A DNA stretch of 64,000 bases, taken from positions 6,434-70,433 of the forward strand of contig JBGCEL010000004.1 of the NCBI GenBank assembly GCA_045106455.1, in the 5' to 3' direction. Below are positions 33,801 to 40,904 of this stretch, one piece after another; within the stretch, counting starts at the first letter, position 1, and each line of letters opens with the position of its first letter. The stretch comes from Gammaproteobacteria bacterium (lineage in GTDB: Bacteria; Pseudomonadota; Gammaproteobacteria; Steroidobacterales; JBCCMA01). The notes below the pieces were generated by a model. The model was not told where the DNA came from, ran no database searches, and worked only from the letters and a program-made list of their open reading frames with translations. Both the position numbers and the translations under genes were made by a program.

Positions 33801-36550
33801 ACATGAACCAAGTCGTGCTGTATACCGAAGACGGCGGCCCGGTCGACTTTGCGGACATGGTGGTGAGCGACGACGATCCGGGCGAGACGATTACCGCAAC
33901 GCTAACACTCGCTGATCCCACAGCCGGCGTGTTGACCACGCTCAGCGGTTCGGGCGAGACCTACAATGCCGTTGCCGGTCAGTGGCAAATCACCGGCAAC
34001 GCAGCCACCGTGAATGCGGCGCTTGCCAATCTATCGTTCGCGCCCGGTGCAAACTACGCGCTCGATACGAGCATCAACGTGCGTATTGTCGACGCCGCCG
34101 GCACTGGCCCGTCCGACGGAACGATCGCGCTGCAGGCGATCGCCATCAACGATACACCCCAGGCCATCTTTGCCGGCGATATTGCCGTGGACCAGAACGC
34201 CGGAGCTCAAACTTTTGCAGGCTTCGCGACACCGTCCCCCGGTGGTGGCACAGATGAACTCGCACAAACATTTACCTATACCGTCACCGTGGATAACGGC
34301 GCTTTATTTAGCGTTGCGCCCGCCATCACGCCCGACGGTACGCTCACGTTTACGGCCGCGGACAACACTTCCGGCAGCACCACGGTACGCGTGCGCGTCA
34401 CCGATAGCGGCGACACCGTCAATGGCGGTCAAGACCAGTCGATCGAATATGTGTTCCAAATTGACATCGGCGCACCCACTGCGACCAACTTGAATCAGGT
34501 CGTCAACTACATTGAAGACGGCGACCCGGTTGGGTTTGATGCCATTGTCGTAAGCAATGCTGCCCCGGATGAAACCATTACAGCGACACTCAGCCTGAGC
34601 GATCCGGCCGCCGGATCGCTGTCCACTGCAAGCGGTTTGGGCGAGACATTGACCACCTCAGGACAGTGGCGAATCACCGGCACCGTCGCACAGGTCAACG
34701 CCGCACTTGCCGACGTCACGTTTACGGCTGCGAACAATTACGCACAAGACTTGAGCATTGTCGTGCGCATCACCGATGCGGCCGGAAACGGGCCTGCTGA
34801 TGGTTTGCTGGCCCTCCAGGCAACCGCCGTCAATGATGCACCACTGGCAAGCCAGCTCAATCAAATCCAGAATTTTCTGGAAGACACCATTGACGTGGCG
34901 CTCAACGACATTGTGGTCAGTGATGTTGACGCCGGCGACGTTGTTTCTGCCACGTTAACCCTGGACAACCCGGCGGCAGGACAGCTGTCGAGCTCGAGTG
35001 GCAACGGCGAATCCTATGACGCACGCAGCGGCACCTGGCGCGTCAGTGGTAGCACGGCGCAAGTGAGTGCCGCCCTGGCCGCTGTCGTGTTCGAACCGCT
35101 GAATGATTTTGCCGGCAGTGTCAGCGTACGCACACAGATTGTGGATCAAGACGGTGCCGGGCCCGATGCCGGCGTCATTACTCTGCAGGCCACGGCCGTA
35201 AACGATGCACCAACCGTCGCCGTTTCCGGCGATTTGGTGGTTGACGAAGACGCCCCGGCCCAACGCATAGCCGGCTTTGCAAACGTGCTAGACAACGGCG
35301 GCGCGGACGAGAGCGGTCAAACCATCGTCTACAGTCTCAGCACCGACAATGAAGATTTATTCCGGGTCGCACCCTCCATCAGCGAGACGGGCGAACTCCA
35401 TTACGAGCTTGCCGCCAACGCCAACGGCACCGCCAACATCACCGTCGTGGCGCGCGATGATGGCGGTCGCGACAACGGCGGCGTCGACACGGCTCCTACA
35501 CAGCAGTTCGTGATTCAGGTCAATCCTGTCAACGACGCGCCGGAAGCAACCAGCCAGTTTGTGGTCGCGCCGCCCTCTGGCATTGTGGTGCTGTCAGCGG
35601 CTTCGTTCGGATTTACCGATCCCGCCGATGGCGATACCTTCGAAGGCGTATTTATTACAAGTTTGCCAGCGCAAGGCGAACTGTTGCTCGACGGTCAACC
35701 CGTGGCCGCCGGCGCGTTCGTTTCGGCCGCCGATCTTGTCGCAAATCGGCTGTCGCTGTCGTCGTTTGCCATACCCGGCGATAGCCTGCTACTGAGTTTC
35801 GATTTTCTAGTCCGTGACTCGGGTGGTACCGCCGATGGCGGCACCGACGTGGCGGTCAAGACCAGCACGATTACGATATCTGTCGACGTACCCAAGACGG
35901 ACGGCACCACGAACACAACACCAGCCGTGATCTCAGAAGCCGACGCCTCGGCCGACACGACCACCGCAACGGTCGTCAGCGACGCGGATCAGTCGACCGA
36001 TGAACAGCGGTCTGCTCCCGCGATCGACCTGAGCACGCCGGCAAGCCCTGCAACCCTTGCGCCCACGGTCGCCGTCACAACGCCGGTGACGAGCCTGCTC
36101 GAGATTCCCCAAGCCGCCGATGCAACCCAAGCGGCGAAGACTTTCAGTCCGGCGGTATCGCGTGTGCTGGTTTCACTGCTCGAAAATGTCCGCTCCGGCA
36201 TTGGCGATGCCACTGTCATCCAGACCACGGCCACCACGACGCTTGCGGCCGTCACCGAGATACTCGTGGAGCAACTTAGCGACCTGCGCGACGAAACCGG
36301 CGCCGAGCAGGCCTCGGAGGAACTGGTCATCATGCAGTCCAGCGCGGTGGCCTTCGGCTTGTCGGTAGGCTACGTCTCCTGGTTGCTGCGTGGCGGTGTG
36401 TTGGTCAGCAGCATGCTTACCTCCCTGCCGGCCTGGCGCTTTATTGATCCATTGCCGATTTTCTCGGGCGTACGACAAGGTGACGAGGACGAAGAGTCGT
36501 TGCAGGATATCGTCAGCGCCGACGAGCACGACACAGGACCACAAGCGTGA
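30815..36550 (+). CDS. 1911-aa repeat adhesin-like protein: LEPR-XLL N-terminus, DUF2341 + LamG-like, about 100-aa VNDAP-delimited repeats, C-terminal membrane anchor
   Basis: ATG 30815 lies 8 nt after the upstream stop. N-terminus MTRKRSSRRPANALSFAVEALEPRLLLSAD. DUF2341-like block (RRELTIDNSASATDLNDFPVLITLD...YVWVRVDSI...IYMYYGN). LamG-like block (...IDEIRVSDVARSADWVAAQF). Ten repeat modules follow. C-terminal hydrophobic segment AVAFGLSVGYVSWLLRGGVLVSSMLTSLPAW, then an acidic tail. Confidence 0.8.
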   Translation: MTRKRSSRRPANALSFAVEALEPRLLLSADWALGLAPDDVRDDPFDLDAAAAHRVLRALGSEAPLPASMDLEHFMALQPATPEFANDQSLAEKPSRTDFRLLSGDAPQSVDDGYSVNEDESITFNAVWFDPDWIARRELTIDNSASATDLNDFPVLITLDASRIDYSLTEDDGDDLRFTDDAGNLLDYEIELWDESGTSYVWVRVDSITAGSTTESIYMYYGNSSAGEGQSPRDVWDANYQQVQHLEETSGNYDDSTANGVDISLSGGDPHGDDMFIGPAHAFDGTNELDSQPEALDDSRAAGTISMWVEFDERSGVINLLTSDVARDQAIWTDDGTFHVAMATNLFTFSNLSGGSIENGWNQVVFTWDSVTGEQALYANGLLVDQVSVGAWDPDGVDGNTINIGGAADAFLGFFPERDGLQGGIDEIRVSDVARSADWVAAQFATINDNFISYGAEEGAARGVLENDTDAENDVLAAVLETGPSNAASFTLFADGSFEYTPQANFVGTDSFTYRADDGSSLSAAAATVTITVNAVNDAPTFTLGGAQNVNEDGGGQSVANFSVASAGGGADESGQTFTYIVTGDNPGLFSVAPSIDADGTLTYTLAPNAVGSANLTVQMSDSGGTANGGSDAAVAENFVINVAPVNDAPSATLLGNQTVVENAGPQAVANFAAGFTGGGADESGQNLSYTVITGFPALFSAAPAISPDGTLTFTFADGMSGSTTVDVIVRDDGGTANGGQDTSTTYTFTLTATPASVPPTALNMDQTLSYIEDNTLDLANIIVSDGDAGDVITATLTLADPLAGSLSTLSGAGETYVAATGRWRIVGTQAEVNTALANVTFVPAANYALDTSIAVNIQDADGTGPADGLIELNALAVNDAPSATLAGDVNVLENSGPQTIAGFAVGFVGGGTDEAGQALTYIVSADQVNMFSSGPVISSDGTLSFTTADNVTGSATVRVRVIDDGNTANGGQNQSVDYTFNIIINDRPDAPTTTNMNQVVLYTEDGGPVDFADMVVSDDDPGETITATLTLADPTAGVLTTLSGSGETYNAVAGQWQITGNAATVNAALANLSFAPGANYALDTSINVRIVDAAGTGPSDGTIALQAIAINDTPQAIFAGDIAVDQNAGAQTFAGFATPSPGGGTDELAQTFTYTVTVDNGALFSVAPAITPDGTLTFTAADNTSGSTTVRVRVTDSGDTVNGGQDQSIEYVFQIDIGAPTATNLNQVVNYIEDGDPVGFDAIVVSNAAPDETITATLSLSDPAAGSLSTASGLGETLTTSGQWRITGTVAQVNAALADVTFTAANNYAQDLSIVVRITDAAGNGPADGLLALQATAVNDAPLASQLNQIQNFLEDTIDVALNDIVVSDVDAGDVVSATLTLDNPAAGQLSSSSGNGESYDARSGTWRVSGSTAQVSAALAAVVFEPLNDFAGSVSVRTQIVDQDGAGPDAGVITLQATAVNDAPTVAVSGDLVVDEDAPAQRIAGFANVLDNGGADESGQTIVYSLSTDNEDLFRVAPSISETGELHYELAANANGTANITVVARDDGGRDNGGVDTAPTQQFVIQVNPVNDAPEATSQFVVAPPSGIVVLSAASFGFTDPADGDTFEGVFITSLPAQGELLLDGQPVAAGAFVSAADLVANRLSLSSFAIPGDSLLLSFDFLVRDSGGTADGGTDVAVKTSTITISVDVPKTDGTTNTTPAVISEADASADTTTATVVSDADQSTDEQRSAPAIDLSTPASPATLAPTVAVTTPVTSLLEIPQAADATQAAKTFSPAVSRVLVSLLENVRSGIGDATVIQTTATTTLAAVTEILVEQLSDLRDETGAEQASEELVIMQSSAVAFGLSVGYVSWLLRGGVLVSSMLTSLPAWRFIDPLPIFSGVRQGDEDEESLQDIVSADEHDTGPQA
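32420..35890 (+). repeat. ten tandem ~110-120-aa modules of three types (order A-A-B-A-B-A-B-B-A-C) within the adhesin gene
   Basis: Most junctions carry VNDAP. Type A consensus: ...ENxGxQxxxxFAxxxxGGGxDExGQxxTYxV...LFSxxPxIxxDGTLTFT...GSxxVxVxVxDxGxTANGGxD. Type B consensus: ...NxxQxxxYxEDxxxxxxxIVVSDxDxGxxITATLTLxDPxAGxLxTxSGxGETY...WxIxGxxAxVNxALAxxxF...DAxGxGPxDGxIxLxAxA. Boundaries are approximate. Confidence 0.7.
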
Positions 36551-39051
36551 AACGACCGTCAGCACGCACAATGGTAACCATCGCCATTACTTTGGTGATG
36601 CTCAGCCTGTTTTTATTCAGCACCGTGCTTGGCATGTTCCCCGACATCGAAAAGACCCGCCGTGAAGGGCGTGTGACCGTCGCTGAGCTCATGGCACTTG
36701 GCCTGATTAATGACATCGGTAACGAACGAGAAGATCGCATCGGACAAACGCTGCGTTTTGCCGTAGAGCGAAATTCTGACATCGAATCAGCCGCCGTGCG
36801 CGACGCCAGCGGCCTTGCCATTGGCACCGCCGGTGACCACGCGGGCTACTGGACCCCCATCCAAAGCGGGCAATCGAGCGTGGCGCAGATCACTGTGCCA
36901 ATCATGCGCGGGAACACACAATGGGGTTCACTCGAACTGCGTTTCCGTGAGCACCAGCGACCGGGCGTGGTGGGTATGCTTGATCGGCCTATCGTGCGCT
37001 TTGCACTGTATCTGCTCGTTGGCGGGTTCTTTGCCACCTATTTTATTTTGGGTCGCATGCTGCGCGCTTTAGATCCCACGCAGGCCGTGCCCTCGCGCGT
37101 ACGCTCAGCGCTGGACACCATAAGCGAAGGCCTCATCGCCATCGACACCAAAGGTCAGGTGATGCTTGCCAACGCCGCCTTCGCGACCCTCTGCGGGCGC
37201 GATGCCGATGCACTTGTGGGCATAAGCGTCGCAGATCTTGCGTGGGTTGGCGATGAAGACGGTCAGGTTAAGCATCCGTGGGAGCGCACGCTGCAAGACA
37301 GTCAGGCCGTTATTAACGAATCGATGACGCTCAAAGATAAAGACGGGAAGCAGCGCACGTTCCTCGTTAACTGCTCACCGGTGCTCGGCGGCAACGGCAA
37401 AGCACTTGGTGCACTGATTGGTCTTGGCGACGTTACCGAACTCGAGGAAAAAGAAATTCAGTTACGGCGCTCCAAAGAAGAGGCCGAAGCCGCCAACCGC
37501 AGCAAAAGCGAATTTTTGGCCAACATGAGTCATGAAATTCGAACGCCCATGAACGCTATTCTGGGCTTTACGAACCTGCTCAAGCGCGGCTACGCCAAGA
37601 ACGCACAGCAGCGTCAGGAATATCTGCAGACCATTGAGTCCAGTGGTTCGTTCTTGCTCGAACTTATTAACGATTTGCTGGATCTGTCCAAAATCGAGGC
37701 CGGCTCGCTGACCATGGAGACCCTCGAGTGTGAGGCGCATTTGGTCGTTCGCGACGTCTGCACGACGCTGCAGCTGCGTGCGCAGGAAAACAACGTTGAC
37801 CTCTCATTTGCCGTCACCACAGAAATACCCCAGCACATTCAGACCGACCCGACGCGTTTGCGGCAGATCGTGACAAACCTTCTGGGTAACGCCATCAAAT
37901 TCACCTCGGACGGCACCGTGGATGTCACCGTGGCACTCGATGCCGACGACCCTACCCTGCTCGCCGTGGCCGTCACCGACTCGGGCGTGGGCATGACAGA
38001 GGACCAAACGAAGGCGATTTTCGAGCCCTTCGTGCAGGCTGATTCATCCATTACGCGACGCTTTGGCGGCACGGGTCTCGGCCTGTCCATTAGCCGACGC
38101 TTCGCACGTGCACTGGGTGGCGACATTTATGTCGACAGCACGGCCGGCGTTGGCAGCACCTTCACAGCGCGGATTGCCACCGGCAATACCGAAGGTGTGC
38201 CTCGCATCTCGCCCGAAGCAGCCTCCCAGGCCGTGCACATCGAAGAGGCGGTTTCCACGTCAAGCCTGCATCTGCCCAATGCGCATGTGCTGGTGGCAGA
38301 CGACAACAAACAGAATCGCGATCTGCTGCGTCTGGTGCTGGAGGAGCACGGTTTGCGTGTGACAACCGCCGTTAATGGCGAGGAGGCCGTTGCGGCTGTG
38401 TCCGAAAGCATGTTCGACATTATATTGATGGACGTGCAAATGCCGGTAATGGACGGCTACGAGGCCACACGCGCCATACGATCCAGCGGTATCGAAGTGC
38501 CCATTATTGCCCTTACGGCTCTGCTCATTGGCGAGGCTCGAGACGCACTGCTTGAAGCAGGCTTCGACGCCTTCTTCGCCAAACCCATCGATGTAGACGG
38601 CCTGCTTGAACTTATCGCCGAGAAGCTCGGCAGCCTGCCCGCGTGCACGCTGCAGCAGACCCCGCGCGACGGGCCGACCCCGGATACCGAATCGACCGCG
38701 CCCATTGCGTCGCGTTTGCCAGTACACGACCCGCGCTACCGGGACATTGTGCAAGAATTTGTCGACCAGCTTGATGACACGATCAAACAGCTGCGCGATG
38801 CGTTTGATGTGGGCGATCACAAACGTCTGGCTGAGGTAGCGCACTATCTCAAGGGCGTTGCTGGCAGCATGGGCTATCCCGACTTCACCGCGCCTTGCAG
38901 AGATTTAGAGCACGCGGTCACCTCACGACACGATGCCAATATTCGCGCCAGCCTGAGCGTCATCGACGCACTCGCCGCGCGCGTCGTTTTGAGCGACGTC
39001 TCGGTTGCGGTGACGGACAGCCGCACAGCTTCAGTCGCAGCAGCACAATAA
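36547..39051 (+). CDS. hybrid sensor histidine kinase (2 TM, PAS, HisKA, HATPase_c, REC, HPt)
   Basis: GTG 36547 overlaps the adhesin stop (GTGA). H-box SEFLANMSHEIRTPMNAILGF. G-boxes DSGVGM and GGTGLGLSISRRFA. Receiver VLVADDNKQNRDLL...DIILMDVQMPVMDG. HPt-like AHYLKGVAGSMGY. Confidence 0.9.
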   Translation: MKRPSARTMVTIAITLVMLSLFLFSTVLGMFPDIEKTRREGRVTVAELMALGLINDIGNEREDRIGQTLRFAVERNSDIESAAVRDASGLAIGTAGDHAGYWTPIQSGQSSVAQITVPIMRGNTQWGSLELRFREHQRPGVVGMLDRPIVRFALYLLVGGFFATYFILGRMLRALDPTQAVPSRVRSALDTISEGLIAIDTKGQVMLANAAFATLCGRDADALVGISVADLAWVGDEDGQVKHPWERTLQDSQAVINESMTLKDKDGKQRTFLVNCSPVLGGNGKALGALIGLGDVTELEEKEIQLRRSKEEAEAANRSKSEFLANMSHEIRTPMNAILGFTNLLKRGYAKNAQQRQEYLQTIESSGSFLLELINDLLDLSKIEAGSLTMETLECEAHLVVRDVCTTLQLRAQENNVDLSFAVTTEIPQHIQTDPTRLRQIVTNLLGNAIKFTSDGTVDVTVALDADDPTLLAVAVTDSGVGMTEDQTKAIFEPFVQADSSITRRFGGTGLGLSISRRFARALGGDIYVDSTAGVGSTFTARIATGNTEGVPRISPEAASQAVHIEEAVSTSSLHLPNAHVLVADDNKQNRDLLRLVLEEHGLRVTTAVNGEEAVAAVSESMFDIILMDVQMPVMDGYEATRAIRSSGIEVPIIALTALLIGEARDALLEAGFDAFFAKPIDVDGLLELIAEKLGSLPACTLQQTPRDGPTPDTESTAPIASRLPVHDPRYRDIVQEFVDQLDDTIKQLRDAFDVGDHKRLAEVAHYLKGVAGSMGYPDFTAPCRDLEHAVTSRHDANIRASLSVIDALAARVVLSDVSVAVTDSRTASVAAAQ

Positions 39052-39095
39052 ATGCTGCACGCCTTATACACGGAACCGCAGGCGGAGAACTTCCA

Positions 39096-40904
39096 ATGAC
39101 AACGCGCCCAACAACGGATGGAACACTGGAGGTCGCCGCCGCGAGCAAAAGCGCCGGCGCCGACCCTAAGATTATGATCGTGGACGACGCTTCCATGACC
39201 ATCCGAATTCTGCAAACGTTTTTGGAAGATGCCGGCTATCGTCGCTTCGTGACCACCAGCGATTCGACCCAAGCCATTGAGCTGGTCGAGTCCGAGCGAC
39301 CTGATGCGTTGCTGCTGGACCTGCATATGCCAAGTGTTAGCGGCTTTGATATTTTGGAGCAAATTCGCGCGAGCTTCGACATTCGCCACACTCCCGTTAT
39401 TATTCTCACCGCCTCCGATGACGGCAACAGCAAACTAAAAGCACTGGAGCTTGGTGCTACGGACTTTTTGGCCAAGCCGGTCGATACCAGCGAACTGGCA
39501 CTGCGCCTGCGCAATACTCTGGCCACCAAAACCTATCAGGATCGACTGACGTACTACGATCCGCTCACCGATTTACCCAATCGAAAACTGCATAGCGAGC
39601 GACTCTCGCGCAGTCTCGTCCGCGCATTTCGAAGTAGACAACGCGGCGCCATGCTGCACATCAATCTCGACCGCTTTCGCCGCGTAAACTCCTCGCTCGG
39701 CCACGCTGCCGGCGACCATCTGCTGCGGCACACGGCGCAGCGACTCGATCGAATTGTGCGCCAACTCGACAACTCCGTGTCGTTGTCCATGGAACCCGGT
39801 ACACCCACGGCCGCTCGTTTGGGTGGCGACGAATTCGGAGTTCTACTGCCCACCGTCGAAAGCAACGATGCCGCCCGCGCCATTGCAGAGCAGATCCTCG
39901 GTGCCATCACCAAGCCGGTGGAATGGAAAGGCAGCGAAGTGGTGGTTACCGCCAGCATTGGCGTCGAGACGTTTCCAGACTCCGCCACCACCACGCAGCA
40001 GATTATTCGCAACGTCACGCTGGCGGCCGCTCGCGCCCGGTCGCTGGGTCGCAACCGGCATGAAGTATATTCGCCGCTGTCCGAGGCCAGCGTGTCGCAG
40101 GAAGTGCATCTTGAAAGCGATCTGCATCGCGCCCTGTCGCGCAACGAGCTGCGCTTGCACTATCAACCCAAAGTGGACCTGGCGACGGGCAATATCGGCA
40201 GCGCCGAGGCACTATTGCGCTGGGAGCACAAAACCCGCGGTCTGGTGAGTCCCAGCGAATTTATCCCGCTAGCCGAACAAACCGGTCTCATCGTGCCGTT
40301 TGGCACCTGGGTCATCCAAACCGCCTGCGCGCAAATCCGGCAGTGGTGCGATGACGGCCTGCCGCCGCTGCCGGTGGCGGTAAACGTCTCCAGCCTGCAG
40401 TTTGCCAACGGTGACCTGTTATCCATCGTGGCCGACGCCATTACCACCGCCGGTATCGCGCCTGCGCTGCTCATTTTGGAGCTCACCGAAACCGCCGTTC
40501 TAAAAAACACCGAAGAGACGATTAGCACTCTGCACGCGATTCGCTCGCTCGGGGTCAAACTGTCGCTGGATGATTTCGGAACCGGTTACTCGTCACTGTC
40601 GTATCTTGAGCGACTGCCAATCGACCAACTAAAAATCGATCGGTCGTTTGTCGAGAAAATTGAAGACGGCAACACCGCGCCCATCGTAGACGCCGTGATC
40701 GCCATGGCCAAGAGTCTCGGCATGCACACCGTGGCGGAGGGTGTCGAAGAACCCTGTCAGGTGGACTACCTCAAGGCCCGCCACTGCGATCAATATCAAG
40801 GCTTTTACTTTTCGCGCGCCGTAGACCCCGTGTCGTTCGGCAACCTGGTGGCCGAACAAATGAAGCGCGAGCGGCCGCAAGTCAGCACGGCGCAAGCACG
40901 CTAA
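39096..40904 (+). CDS. response regulator with REC-GGDEF-EAL domains (c-di-GMP turnover)
   Basis: Start re-picked at ATG 39096. REC IMIVDDASMTIRIL...LLLDLHMPSVSGFD. Intact RLGGDEFGVLL. EAL-domain motifs SAEALLRWEH and SLDDFGTGYSSLSYL. Confidence 0.9.
   Translation: MTTRPTTDGTLEVAAASKSAGADPKIMIVDDASMTIRILQTFLEDAGYRRFVTTSDSTQAIELVESERPDALLLDLHMPSVSGFDILEQIRASFDIRHTPVIILTASDDGNSKLKALELGATDFLAKPVDTSELALRLRNTLATKTYQDRLTYYDPLTDLPNRKLHSERLSRSLVRAFRSRQRGAMLHINLDRFRRVNSSLGHAAGDHLLRHTAQRLDRIVRQLDNSVSLSMEPGTPTAARLGGDEFGVLLPTVESNDAARAIAEQILGAITKPVEWKGSEVVVTASIGVETFPDSATTTQQIIRNVTLAAARARSLGRNRHEVYSPLSEASVSQEVHLESDLHRALSRNELRLHYQPKVDLATGNIGSAEALLRWEHKTRGLVSPSEFIPLAEQTGLIVPFGTWVIQTACAQIRQWCDDGLPPLPVAVNVSSLQFANGDLLSIVADAITTAGIAPALLILELTETAVLKNTEETISTLHAIRSLGVKLSLDDFGTGYSSLSYLERLPIDQLKIDRSFVEKIEDGNTAPIVDAVIAMAKSLGMHTVAEGVEEPCQVDYLKARHCDQYQGFYFSRAVDPVSFGNLVAEQMKRERPQVSTAQAR

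Noticed and set aside
32420-35890. Periodic DNA repeats considered as a possible CRISPR array or tandem satellite
   Set aside because: The period is about 330-350 bp and in-frame within a continuous 5.7-kb ORF. The copies are divergent and there is no short direct-repeat/spacer structure. These are protein domain repeats.
30815-36550. Adhesin as a classical RTX/T1SS substrate
   Set aside because: No GGxGxD nonapeptide repeats were found; the recurring GGGADESGQ/GGGTDEAGQ strings do not fit. There is no ABC transporter or TolC in the operon, and the C-terminus is hydrophobic rather than an RTX secretion signal.
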